A stretch of DNA of 64,000 nt from Candidatus Binatia bacterium (GCA_038245295.1 JBBRSP010000002.1:256001-320000), one strand, 5' to 3'. Counted from the first letter of the stretch, positions 51,269-60,775 are shown. The notes: generated by a model from the letters alone, not told the origin. Program-made: numbers and translations.

Positions 51269-52326
51269 CGTAGGAGCTCCATCGGGTCAGGGACGGCGGC
51301 ACCGGTGAGAAGCCCGTGGCGTGTCAGCATTTGCCGCGTCTCTTCGAGGCTCATCGGCGCATCGTGTGAGCTGTATTCGCCGCCGAGCGCTAGACCTGGG
51401 CATTCGCGGCTCAGCTCGGGCAACAATGGTTGAATCGCCAGGTAGTCACCACGCACGAAGGTGCGAACGCCCTCCTCGGACGAGACCAGCAGCTCATGAA
51501 CCTTCTCGCCCGGACGAATCCCGGTGAACGTCAACGGGATATTGCGGTCGCCAATCAAGACGTGCGCCACGTCGAGGATGCGCGCCGACGGCACTCTGGG
51601 CACAAAGATCTCGCCGGCGGCGGCGTGCTCCACGGCGGCGACGATCGTGTCGACGGCGCATTCGAGGGGCAACAGGAAGCGCGTCATCTCCGCGGTGGTT
51701 ACCGTCAGCGGGCCACCGTCGCGGATCTGCTCGTGGAACAAGGGAATCACCGAGCCCCGAGACGCCAACACGTTGCCGTAGCGCACGCAGACAAAACGCG
51801 TCGTCGCAACCGTGATATTGGCGGTAATCAAGACCCGCTCTTGCAGTGCCTTGGTCATGCCCATCACATTGACCGGCTTACACGCTTTGTCGGTCGACAC
51901 TCCGACGACCACCGCGACGGGCCAATCATGCTCGCGGATGGCGCGCACGAGATTCTCAGCGCCACGCACGTTGGTTTCCACCGCCTCGAATGGGAAGTAC
52001 TCGCAGGCCGGAACCTGCTTGAGGGCCGCAGCATTGACCACCACATCGGCATGCCTGAGCACCGCACACACCGAGGCATAGTCACGGATATCACCGATGC
52101 GGAATTCCAGGACGCGCTCGAAGTTTTGGTAGATGGCCTCGTCGGTCACTGCCCGTCGATGCTGCAGCTCCAGACGCATGAGGTGCTGCTTCGCCTCGTC
52201 GCGCGAGAAGATGATCACCTTCCTCGGCCGGCCATGCGTGCCGCCGAGAAGCCGGCGCGCCAGAACCTTGCCCAACGAGCCGGTGCCGCCGGTGATCACC
52301 ACTGTCTTGTTTTCAAATAGCGACAT
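51265..52326 (-). CDS. UDP-GlcNAc 4,6-dehydratase/5-epimerase (FnlA/WbjB-like)
   Basis: TGGTGSLG, SRDEAKQ, AAALKQVP.CE, STDKAC.PVNVMGMTK, RYGNVLASRGSVIP, GIRPGEK.HE. Confidence 0.9.
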   Translation of the reverse strand: MSLFENKTVVITGGTGSLGKVLARRLLGGTHGRPRKVIIFSRDEAKQHLMRLELQHRRAVTDEAIYQNFERVLEFRIGDIRDYASVCAVLRHADVVVNAAALKQVPACEYFPFEAVETNVRGAENLVRAIREHDWPVAVVVGVSTDKACKPVNVMGMTKALQERVLITANITVATTRFVCVRYGNVLASRGSVIPLFHEQIRDGGPLTVTTAEMTRFLLPLECAVDTIVAAVEHAAAGEIFVPRVPSARILDVAHVLIGDRNIPLTFTGIRPGEKVHELLVSSEEGVRTFVRGDYLAIQPLLPELSRECPGLALGGEYSSHDAPMSLEETRQMLTRHGLLTGAAVPDPMELLR

Positions 52327-53236
52327 GCGCCTCCGCGGCAGACGTGAACTGCCGGCGCGGATAACGCGCTGCTGCGTCGGTCAACATCGCATCGATCAGT
52401 CGCGGCCACGGCGGCGGGCTGTAACCCGTGGCCGTGTTAAACCTGGTAGCGTCCAACGACCTGTCGATCGCCGGCCCGGGGGCAGCCATAATATCGATGC
52501 GTTTGCCGTAACGGTCGGCAATTAGTCGCAGCAGATCGAGTTTGGAGATCGGCTCGGCAGCGACGTGGTAAATTCCAACCAGGCCTGGGCTCGGGAGGAT
52601 GTGCTGGCTCAGTATGTGAGCGATCTCGACGGTGGGCAGACCCGAAAAGACGGAGCGGCGAAAGCCATCGACGCTTCCGCGGCACCCGAGGAACCACTCC
52701 AGGAGACCGTGGTTGGTATGCAGCTCATGACCAATGATCGAGGTTCGCAGCGTCAGGGCGCCGCCGTCCATGGGTTCGCCGAGGAGCTTGGAGCACCCGT
52801 AGCGGTCGGCCGGATCGGCAACGTCGGCCTCGCTGTAGTGACCCCTCGCGCCGGAAAATACGCAGTCGGTGCTGAAGTGAATCAAACGAATCCCGTGGCC
52901 GCTGCAGTGCTGCGCCAGGCGGTGCGGTAGAAGGGCGTTCGCCGTAATGAGCGCAAGCGGATCGTTGGCAGACCGCAGTTGCTTCACCATACCGATGCAG
53001 TTGATCAGTACGTCGGGGCGGACGCCGTCGAGTAGCTGCCGCATCGAGTCCTGGTCAGCGGCGTCCACGCCAGCATGGATGCGCGTCTGGAACGCCGGCG
53101 CGACGCGTTCCAAAAGGGCTTCCGGGCGGCGCAAGGCGGCGTGCGTCTCCAGTGCCGGCAGGCGCGATAGGATTTCGAACAACGTATGGCCCAACATGCC
53201 GGTGGCGCCGAGGATCAAGATCTTGGGAGTGCTCAT
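52313..53236 (-). CDS. RmlD-like NDP-4-keto-6-deoxysugar reductase (WbvR/QnlA-like)
   Basis: LGATGMLG, INCIG.VKQ, STDCVFSG, YG.SK, RTSIIGHEL. Confidence 0.85.
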   Translation of the reverse strand: MSTPKILILGATGMLGHTLFEILSRLPALETHAALRRPEALLERVAPAFQTRIHAGVDAADQDSMRQLLDGVRPDVLINCIGMVKQLRSANDPLALITANALLPHRLAQHCSGHGIRLIHFSTDCVFSGARGHYSEADVADPADRYGCSKLLGEPMDGGALTLRTSIIGHELHTNHGLLEWFLGCRGSVDGFRRSVFSGLPTVEIAHILSQHILPSPGLVGIYHVAAEPISKLDLLRLIADRYGKRIDIMAAPGPAIDRSLDATRFNTATGYSPPPWPRLIDAMLTDAAARYPRRQFTSAAEAHVAI

Positions 53237-53294
53237 TGGAAACCCACGGTCGCTACAGCCCAGCTGATGCGATTGTCAAGCCGCGGTGCCGGGC

Positions 53295-54107
53295 CTACCG
53301 CCTCAATACGCGTTTCTGCAGCCACTGAAACTTGCGCACGATGGGCAAAACGAAGTTGAGCAGCCCGCTTGGCGCCAGAGCGTGGGCATCATCGCGCGGC
53401 AGATAGCCTAGATCGGCGCGCGTCGTCGTGATGTCGAGTCGCTTCAAGCAATTGTCGGAAACGCCGTGGTAGATGCCGAAGCGGAGGTCGTCCGGGGCGG
53501 CGATGGCGGCGTCCAGCAAGCCGATGAGGTCGTCATAGGTAAGTACCATGTTCAAGTGCTCCCCCGCCGGGGAGCGCTGCACGTCCCTGCGGTCCAGCAC
53601 CATTCCCAAGCGCAAGCAAATCACCGACAAGTTGGTTTGGTGTGCGTAGAAGCTGGCGAGCGCTTCACCGCACGCCTTGCTGGCGCCGTAGAGGGTGCTC
53701 GGACGTACCGGCCAGGTTGGTTCGACCGCTACGTCCGCCGGATACCCATCGACCGCTTGAATGCTGCTGGTAAAGATCACACGCCCACATCCGACGTCGC
53801 AGGCCGCCTGGAAGAGATTGTAGAGGCCGATGATGTTACTGGCGAGCAATCCCTCCCATGGTGTGAGCATCCCCGCGGCGCCGAGATGAAGGATGATATC
53901 GATGCCCTGACAGAGCTCGCGCGCCCGGGCCGCGTCGGCGAGGTCAGCTTGAACGAAGGGGAATCCATGGGTTTCGAGCAGCGGATTCACGTCGGTCAGC
54001 AGGAGGTCGTATCGCTCGGCATAGGCCGCGGCTACGACTCGGCCAAGGCGGCCCGACGCCCCGGTCAGGAGCATGCTCGGTTTCACCGCAGGGCCGTTCG
54101 TACTCAT
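53295..54107 (-). CDS. NAD-dependent epimerase/dehydrogenase (uronate-dehydrogenase-like SDR)
   Basis: TGASGRLG, YGASK, GVSDN, LGY.PRD; start at ATGA overlap. Confidence 0.8.
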   Translation of the reverse strand: MSTNGPAVKPSMLLTGASGRLGRVVAAAYAERYDLLLTDVNPLLETHGFPFVQADLADAARARELCQGIDIILHLGAAGMLTPWEGLLASNIIGLYNLFQAACDVGCGRVIFTSSIQAVDGYPADVAVEPTWPVRPSTLYGASKACGEALASFYAHQTNLSVICLRLGMVLDRRDVQRSPAGEHLNMVLTYDDLIGLLDAAIAAPDDLRFGIYHGVSDNCLKRLDITTTRADLGYLPRDDAHALAPSGLLNFVLPIVRKFQWLQKRVLRR

Positions 54108-54853
54108 CGGCGCGGCAGGCTCGGCGGTGACACGACGTCGGCGGTTGTTGCGGCTTTGGCGTCGGTCGGTTGTTGGCGACGTCGCAGGAGAGCGGCACGG
54201 GCGATCCGGACGTAGTCCGTCTTGCTGTGGGATTCGCGCAGCGTCGTGTTGGCGCCATGGATTCTGCGGCGCAGCACGAGCTGCGGCAGGGTTGCGGTTC
54301 GCAGTCCCTGATCGAGTGCTCTCGCCTGCCAATCAATGAACTCGCCGATCCGCAAGCCGGGGTCGAAGAGACCGATGCGCGAGAACGAGGCGCGACGAAT
54401 CAACATCGCCGGTTTCATTTGAACCCTCAGCAGGCCTGCCGGGCACACCAGTTTTCGTCGACTCTCTGCATCGAGCTCTGGGCTGAGGAAGCACTCAACG
54501 GCGCCGAAGACGGCCTCGAGTTCGGGGTTGGCCTCAAGAACCGCCATCTGCAGAGTCAACTTTTCTGAAGTCCAAAGATCGTCGGCATCCAGGAAGGCGA
54601 GACACTCGCCGCGGGAGAGCTCAATGCCGTGATTCACCGCGGTGCTGATACCGCCATGAGGTTGGTAGTCGTAGCGCACTGCTGATCCAAACCCGCGTAC
54701 GACCTCGGCCGTGCGATCCGTGGATCCATCGTCGACCACGATGATGTCGAGCCGGCGATACGACTGTGCCAACACGCTGTCCAACGCTGCGCCGAGATAA
54801 CGGTCGGCGTTATAAGCAGGGATGACGACGCTAATGAGCAATGGTTCGCGCAT
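54104..54853 (-). CDS. GT2 glycosyltransferase
   Basis: ISVVIPAYN, VVDDGSTD, FLDADD, RRIH. Confidence 0.92.
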   Translation of the reverse strand: MREPLLISVVIPAYNADRYLGAALDSVLAQSYRRLDIIVVDDGSTDRTAEVVRGFGSAVRYDYQPHGGISTAVNHGIELSRGECLAFLDADDLWTSEKLTLQMAVLEANPELEAVFGAVECFLSPELDAESRRKLVCPAGLLRVQMKPAMLIRRASFSRIGLFDPGLRIGEFIDWQARALDQGLRTATLPQLVLRRRIHGANTTLRESHSKTDYVRIARAALLRRRQQPTDAKAATTADVVSPPSLPRR

Positions 54854-54856
54854 GAA

Positions 54857-55912
54857 TCAGGTTCCAGATAAGAACGCCCGGATCACCCGCGGGATTTGCT
54901 CCACCTCTGTTCCCACCTCGAGGCGATAACACGCTACCCGTCGCAGCAAGGCGCCGATCATCCGGAAGGCCGCTGGCGCCACTGCCGCCACTTGAAAGAT
55001 GTTACTCGGGATCAGCGCCTTAACGCCTGCCGTCGCCGAAGTAGGCTGCAGTCTCGTGTCGCGGCGTCCGGTCACGCATGGTAACAGGACCGCATGGATG
55101 GGCAGGTGGCCGACAATCTGTCCCTTCCAGACGTCGTGCAGAAGGAACAACGCTTTCTCACCGGCCTCTCGTTCGGGGTTACGCACATGTGGGAGAAAGA
55201 CCGGCAATAGCCGCAGACTGTCGTCGGTCAACTTTCCCGAACTGAACAGGCTCGACGCCTGAGGCGATGGCAAGGGCGAGAACAGGCAATAGTCGTCGCT
55301 GACGTACTTCATACCAGCGGCGAGGCAGGCAAGAGCGGATGTCGACTTACCCGCTCCACCGCCGCCTGCCAACAACACACCTCCCTCCGGTGTGCCGACA
55401 ACGCCGGCGTGCAGGACTTGCTGCCCGCGGACACAGACTAGACCTTGCAGGAAGAGCACAAATGGCGAGCCCCTCTCGGCCGCCGAAAGCCGATCTGGGT
55501 CGGCGACCCAGTAGAAACCAAGCCTTCGCGACATGTCCAATACGCTAAGCGTGTCGGTCGCTGCATTGAATACCACGGTGAAGGTTCCATCGCCGGCAGA
55601 AAACCCCTGCGCCAGCGAGAACCCGGCAGGAAACCACGACGACGGTGCGACGCGCAACCGGGAAGAAACGCTATCCCAAAGGCAGATCGTCAGATCCGGT
55701 GTCGACGCCAGGGTCGGTCGTGCAAGGTGCGCCAACGCCGGGGTAAGATGCGGGATCAGCGCGGTAGTGGCGAATTGCAGGCGGATATGGCTTCCGCCCA
55801 CTATGTAGTCGCGATTGGTGGGAGCGCCGGAAGACTTTGTCGCCTGTTGGAAAAGCTCGTGGGTTTCGGCGAGCAGCGTCCCGGAAAGATGCTTCTGGCT
55901 GTCCCTCTCCAT
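54857..55912 (-). CDS. HPr-kinase-like P-loop kinase (lasso-peptide kinase type)
   Basis: LHAG.V....GVLLAGGGGAGKSTS and YVSDD motifs; start uncertain (55912 or 55978). Confidence 0.85.
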   Translation of the reverse strand: MERDSQKHLSGTLLAETHELFQQATKSSGAPTNRDYIVGGSHIRLQFATTALIPHLTPALAHLARPTLASTPDLTICLWDSVSSRLRVAPSSWFPAGFSLAQGFSAGDGTFTVVFNAATDTLSVLDMSRRLGFYWVADPDRLSAAERGSPFVLFLQGLVCVRGQQVLHAGVVGTPEGGVLLAGGGGAGKSTSALACLAAGMKYVSDDYCLFSPLPSPQASSLFSSGKLTDDSLRLLPVFLPHVRNPEREAGEKALFLLHDVWKGQIVGHLPIHAVLLPCVTGRRDTRLQPTSATAGVKALIPSNIFQVAAVAPAAFRMIGALLRRVACYRLEVGTEVEQIPRVIRAFLSGT

Positions 55913-55956
55913 AGTGCGGTGTTCCCGAACTGCGGCCAAATTGATGGGCGAACGAT

Positions 55957-56433
55957 CTAACTCTTGGACTTCGGCCAACCGGAATCGTCGACCTCATGAA
56001 TCGGATCGAGCAGAAGCAACTCCTGCATATCGGTGTACTTCTGCAACGTCGGAATCTCGAACGGTCGCTTGGCGGTCGTCTGGCGTGGTGCGGCAGCGTC
56101 GGGCGACGTGGCCGCACCACCTTCGTCTGCGTCTGTGGCTACGAGCACGATGCCTTCCCGTTCCAGTTCGCTGAGAAATGTGGAGGCCGCTTGCGCCATG
56201 GCAGCGCCATCACCTTCGAAGTGCTCGGCGAGGGCAGCCTCAATCTGGCGGCTCGTTGCCCCGTGCTCAACCGCACCGCAGATCGTCGCGCCGGTCGTGC
56301 CCAAACTGTAGTAGGTACCGCTTTCGAGATTGACGATGACCACTTCGTCCTCGAACGTTTCGAGGATGACCGTCGGGCTGTTCAATCGATAGCGGGACTG
56401 AGGAATTATTTGAGCCACCGTCTGCGAAACCAT
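55957..56433 (-). CDS. PqqD-family RiPP recognition element fused to a C-terminal leader/precursor-like peptide
   Basis: EVVIVNLESGTYYSL..TG..I...FLSELEREGIV (RRE), Ala/Asp linker, then KRPFEIPTLQKYTDMQELLLLDPIHEVDDSGWPKSKS. Confidence 0.85.
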   Translation of the reverse strand: MVSQTVAQIIPQSRYRLNSPTVILETFEDEVVIVNLESGTYYSLGTTGATICGAVEHGATSRQIEAALAEHFEGDGAAMAQAASTFLSELEREGIVLVATDADEGGAATSPDAAAPRQTTAKRPFEIPTLQKYTDMQELLLLDPIHEVDDSGWPKSKS

Positions 56434-56468
56434 GATCAGCGGCTAGGTGAAGCCCCGAGTGATGTCAA

Positions 56469-57596
56469 TCAGACTTGGCTTCGCGCAGACTTGGCGTCGC
56501 GGACACGCGCATACGCTCGCTCGTACATGCCGATCACCTGCGGCTGGATCACGGAATACTCCAGTCGCTCGCCGGTCGTCCGCATGTTGATCGCGGCCGC
56601 CCCATCGACCATGGCATCATCGGCTACGGCGCGCCGGATCGCTTCGGCGACTTGAGCCGGGTCATCCGGATCGACGAACAGAGCGGATTCTCCATCGGTC
56701 GCCCATTCATCCACACAGGCGGTCGGCGATTGGATGGGGAAGGCTCCCATCATCATGGCCTCCAGAAAGCTGTGGCTGATGCCATCACTGATCGAAAGGC
56801 CGATGGATACTCTGGCCCGGCCTTGCAGGGCGATCATCTTGTTGTGAGGCAGAAAGCGCGGCATCTCGACGTGCAGCCCGGTGTCGTTGGCCAGCAGCTC
56901 AGCGGCAATTCGTACATCCTGTCCGCCGGCCAGATAGACCACGATGCGGTAGCCCGGCAGCGCATCGGCGCACATCCGTAGGGCCTTGAGTCCCACCAGC
57001 GCCCGCCCGGCCCAACTCTGATAGCCTCTCAGCAGAATCATCCGGCGGGCGGACGTCGGGCCCGGCGGACAGAGGGCCTGCAGCTCTCGCACTCGATAGC
57101 CACCGCCCATGGGAACGACCGGCAACACGTCACCGGCGAACCCGCCGGAACGCGCCAGGGGTATGTCCCGATCACACTCGCAAACGTAGAATTGGCAGCC
57201 ACGCATCACCGCCTCGATGCGCGGGCGATGCTCCTTCAACCGCCCAAACAGGAAAAGGTCGCTGCCCCAGTTGCTGACGATCCACACGGGAAAGGCACCC
57301 GGCTCGAGGATGTCGCGGGCCGCCTGCGTCAGGTACCCGGCATGCTGGATTTCGAGCGAGTGAATGAAGTCGGGACGTATGACCTGAATGACAGCCGCCA
57401 GTCGTCGCGCCCGTTCACGCCAGGGTAACGACTGAGGTCCGCCCTCGTGAAGCGTAATGCTCGGCAACTGGCGCGCCTCCGGCGACAGTTCGTCCTCCAC
57501 AGGAAATACGTGCAGATCCCAGCCCAGCCCTTGCAACTGACTGATCCAGCGCTGAGTGTGGACGCTATTGGCCATCGCCACGAAGAGGATTTTCAT
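56469..57596 (-). CDS. GT4-like glycosyltransferase
   Basis: S.HT.RW, WGSD, SDG...SFLEAM..GAFPIQS; start at ATGA overlap. Confidence 0.85.
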   Translation of the reverse strand: MKILFVAMANSVHTQRWISQLQGLGWDLHVFPVEDELSPEARQLPSITLHEGGPQSLPWRERARRLAAVIQVIRPDFIHSLEIQHAGYLTQAARDILEPGAFPVWIVSNWGSDLFLFGRLKEHRPRIEAVMRGCQFYVCECDRDIPLARSGGFAGDVLPVVPMGGGYRVRELQALCPPGPTSARRMILLRGYQSWAGRALVGLKALRMCADALPGYRIVVYLAGGQDVRIAAELLANDTGLHVEMPRFLPHNKMIALQGRARVSIGLSISDGISHSFLEAMMMGAFPIQSPTACVDEWATDGESALFVDPDDPAQVAEAIRRAVADDAMVDGAAAINMRTTGERLEYSVIQPQVIGMYERAYARVRDAKSARSQV

Positions 57597-58348
57597 GGCG
57601 CCACAACGAATGGCCACGCCCCTCCGGAAGCCCGATAGGCAGACCGGCCGGCACGCGCATTCGCCAATTTACGGATGAGCAGGCGCTGCGACTCCTCGAT
57701 GGCCGCGCAATCGGAGAAATGTGGATGGCGCAGATGGTGACCGACGACCCGCTCCGTGTAAACGGGGGATAAGCCCAGGCCTTGCGTCAGGCAGAGTGCA
57801 AACCACACGTCCTCGCTGCAGGGGCGCTCGAACTCCTCGTCGTTACCACCGGCGGCGTACAGATCTCGGCGCCACAGGCTGCCCAGGAAGAACAGCGGCC
57901 GCGGGCGCAGCGGGCCGGTATAGGTCATCAGGCCGCTGCCGACGCCAGCGTCGGGCTCGCAACACGGGTTGCCCTGCTCATCGGTGTTGATCACCGTGGC
58001 GATCAAGAAACACCCCGTCTGCAGATCCGTGACCAGGCGTTCGATAGCGTCCGGGCCTGCGTGCACGACGTCGTCGCTTTGACAAATGACCACATCACCT
58101 CGCGCCCGGCGGTAGGAAGCGTTGCGTGCCTTCGCCGGGTTGCGGTAGGAGGCGTCGGTTCGTTGCATCGAGTGGTAGATGACCGGGTAGCGGCGGCAGA
58201 CGCGGGCCGTTTCCTGATTGTTGCCGTCGTCAGCGACGATCACCTCGAAGTCGAAGCCTGGCTGCTGACAAAAGATGCTCTGGAGCACCCTATTCAGGTG
58301 GTCGGGCTTATCGTGCGTCGCCAGGCAAATGGAGCACGTCACCGGCAC
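57593..58348 (-). CDS. GT2 glycosyltransferase
   Basis: EVIVADDG, ARN, SDD, GG.DE.F...ED. Confidence 0.85.
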   Translation of the reverse strand: MPVTCSICLATHDKPDHLNRVLQSIFCQQPGFDFEVIVADDGNNQETARVCRRYPVIYHSMQRTDASYRNPAKARNASYRRARGDVVICQSDDVVHAGPDAIERLVTDLQTGCFLIATVINTDEQGNPCCEPDAGVGSGLMTYTGPLRPRPLFFLGSLWRRDLYAAGGNDEEFERPCSEDVWFALCLTQGLGLSPVYTERVVGHHLRHPHFSDCAAIEESQRLLIRKLANARAGRSAYRASGGAWPFVVAP

Positions 58349-58432
58349 TTTCTCCGCACGCAGCAGGCTATCATGTGCGACGGCCGCGTGTCAGCCGAGC
58401 CAGGCCAGATGTTCTGCGACGCCACGTACACT

Positions 58433-59896
58433 TCAGTACGCCCCACGCCCGCGCAGCACGGCGCCGAGCGTGCGGACGAGGATCATGGCATCCATCCACA
58501 ACGACCAGTTGCGCACGTAGTACTCATCAAGCAGAACACGTTGTTCGAATGGCAGCTCATTGCGGCCGCTGACTTGCCATAAACCCGTCAGCCCCGGCCG
58601 CGCCCGCAATACCGTGTCGGCCGCTGCCCCCATACGATCCAGCTCGGCACCGAGGTAGGGGCGCGGGCCGACCAGACTCATCTCTCCCTTGATGACGTTC
58701 CAGAGCTGCGGCAGCTCGTCGAGGCTCCAGCGGCGCAAGACTCGTCCACTACGTGTGAGACGGGGATCATCCACTTTCAGCTTGGCGAACTGCGCCCAGT
58801 CGCGGTTGGCTTGCTCGTCGTTGGCCAGATGCGCCGTGAGCGACGCGTCGCTGCCGATACGCATCGTGCGCAGCTTCATACAAACGAACTCGCGGCGGCG
58901 GCGACCGAGGCGCGTCTGCCCGTAGAAAGCCGGGCCAGGTGAATCGAGGCGAATCGCCACGGCGAGAACCGCGACGATCGGCGCGACGATGGCGCCGATC
59001 GTCAGGCTCAAGGATACATCGAAGGCTCTCTTGATGGCGGAATTCCAAGGCTTCGCGAGGTTGCGCCGCAGGTGCAGGAGGAGTGTGCCGTTGACGTCCT
59101 CGGCCTCCACGCCAACCGTCGCCAAACCGACCAGATCAGGGACCAGTCGGATACTCTCGATCAGCCCTTCGCACGATTCGATCAGCCGCAACAGGCGTTG
59201 GCGCGGCAGTTGCGGGCTGGCAATCACCAGGTCCTTCACGCCGAGCGCGACGATATGAGCCGGCAATTCGTCGAGCGGACCGACAATCGGGATTCCATTG
59301 ATTTGCTGACCTATCAAAAGCGCGTCGTCGTCGATAAAGGCCGCCGTTTCGTAGCCAAGTACGCGGTCCGCCGTCAGATGTTGATAGACATCGCGACCGG
59401 TGGACCCGGCGCCGACGATGACGATGCGCTTGCGCAGCCAACCGGCACGCGCCAGCAGGCGTTTGGTCACCTGGCGCGCCAGCGGTATCAGCACCAACGA
59501 TGACAACCATGTCAAACCGATGACGACCCGCGACAGAGCCAGCTCAGGACGACCGGCGTAAGAAAGGACGATACTGAGAGCGGCACCAAAGGAAGTCGCG
59601 CGTATGCAGAGGCGCACGTCATCCCAGGCGCTCAGGCGGCGCGTGTAGAGGCCGCGTTGCGCGAAGGCAAAGGTCCACGGGAGAAAAAAGTATTGCCCGT
59701 AGAGGAAAGTCGAAAGCGGATCGACGGGCCCGATGCCCGGCGACAGACCTTCTAGGAGCTTAGCGCGCAGCAGCCACGCCAGTGTGACACAAACGAGAAG
59801 TGCCACCCAATCCGTGAGTAGCAAGCTGGCCACCGCAGCGGCCCGGCGCAACAGATCGGCGGCTGCGCCGCTTGATGACTGGCGCACAGAGCTCAC
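58433..59896 (-). CDS. wbaP: Undecaprenyl-phosphate sugar phosphotransferase (WbaP/WcaJ family)
   Basis: TM domain, IVGAG, KRAFD, KLRTM, DPRLT, SLDELPQLWNV, MSLVGPRP, PGLTGLWQVSGR. Confidence 0.92.
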   Translation of the reverse strand: MSSVRQSSSGAAADLLRRAAAVASLLLTDWVALLVCVTLAWLLRAKLLEGLSPGIGPVDPLSTFLYGQYFFLPWTFAFAQRGLYTRRLSAWDDVRLCIRATSFGAALSIVLSYAGRPELALSRVVIGLTWLSSLVLIPLARQVTKRLLARAGWLRKRIVIVGAGSTGRDVYQHLTADRVLGYETAAFIDDDALLIGQQINGIPIVGPLDELPAHIVALGVKDLVIASPQLPRQRLLRLIESCEGLIESIRLVPDLVGLATVGVEAEDVNGTLLLHLRRNLAKPWNSAIKRAFDVSLSLTIGAIVAPIVAVLAVAIRLDSPGPAFYGQTRLGRRRREFVCMKLRTMRIGSDASLTAHLANDEQANRDWAQFAKLKVDDPRLTRSGRVLRRWSLDELPQLWNVIKGEMSLVGPRPYLGAELDRMGAAADTVLRARPGLTGLWQVSGRNELPFEQRVLLDEYYVRNWSLWMDAMILVRTLGAVLRGRGAY

Positions 59897-60546
59897 CGCT
59901 GCACCACGAGGACGAGACTATGGGTAAGGCCGAGCAGTCGCAGCCGAATCAGTGAGGTTTTGCTGTTTACGGGCGCCAGCGAGCGCAGTTGGCGAGCGCT
60001 CAGCAGATTCAGGTTCGCCTCGGTGGCCCACGCTGCATGTCCGAGCCAGCGGTACAGTCGGTTGCGCAGTGGCATGGGCAAGAAGTGCAACAGTGGCAGG
60101 TAGGTGTGCAGGTCGACTGGGAACCAGCGATTCGGAGTGGCGACACAGACCCTCTCGGCGACGCGCAGCATTTCGGCGACGAGCCGGCGTTGCCGATCGC
60201 GGCTACCGACGTGCTCGATGACGGCGTTGGCGACAGCGAGGGCGAAACTATTGTCAACGAAGGGCAGATCGCAGCCGTCGGCCGTCAATGTGGTCGTCGT
60301 CGCGTGCGCAGCGGCGAAGCGTTGCGCTTGCGAGAGGTTGTAGGCACAGGCGATGACGCGGCGCGCGTAGCGCGAATCGGTGGCGAAGAAATCGGCGCCG
60401 CCGCCAGGACTGCCGCTTACGCCGATCTCAAGAAACGGCCGCGGGCCGGGGGTGAGAATCAACCGGCTGAGGAGATCAAGCTTACTCTTCCGGGAACGCA
60501 GGCGCAGCGGTTCGGCGAGAGTTTGAACGAGGCGACTTAGCGACAT
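59893..60546 (-). CDS. Class I SAM-dependent methyltransferase
   Basis: LEIG, DGCDLPF.DNSF, NAVIEHV, TPNRWFP. Confidence 0.85.
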   Translation of the reverse strand: MSLSRLVQTLAEPLRLRSRKSKLDLLSRLILTPGPRPFLEIGVSGSPGGGADFFATDSRYARRVIACAYNLSQAQRFAAAHATTTTLTADGCDLPFVDNSFALAVANAVIEHVGSRDRQRRLVAEMLRVAERVCVATPNRWFPVDLHTYLPLLHFLPMPLRNRLYRWLGHAAWATEANLNLLSARQLRSLAPVNSKTSLIRLRLLGLTHSLVLVVQR

Positions 60547-60556
60547 TTCAACCAGT

Positions 60557-60775
60557 TCATTGTCCCTGTACGAGCGACAGAGGGCTCAATACGGTCCCCA
60601 GGATCGGGGTATGTTGCAGATCGCCGCCGGTCAGCACCTTGACCAGCGCGAAGACTGCCGCCGCCGCAGCAGCCTCCAAACCGACGGCGATCACTGCCAG
60701 CGGGATGCACCAGTACCCCAGGCGCCGATTCGGTGCGGGCAACAACGCGACGCACTGGCGTAGCGCCGCGAACAT
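60557..60775 (-). pseudogene. Probable N-terminal remnant of an ABC exporter permease
   Basis: MFAALRQCVALLP...RR...LAVIAVGLEAAA..AVFALVKVL resembles the first TM helices of MsbA-like exporters; stops after 72 aa. Confidence 0.45.

Noticed and set aside
54857..56433. Canonical lasso peptide or PQQ biosynthesis cluster
   Set aside because: No lasso cyclase, B2 peptidase, separate precursor or pqqBCE genes are present in the window.
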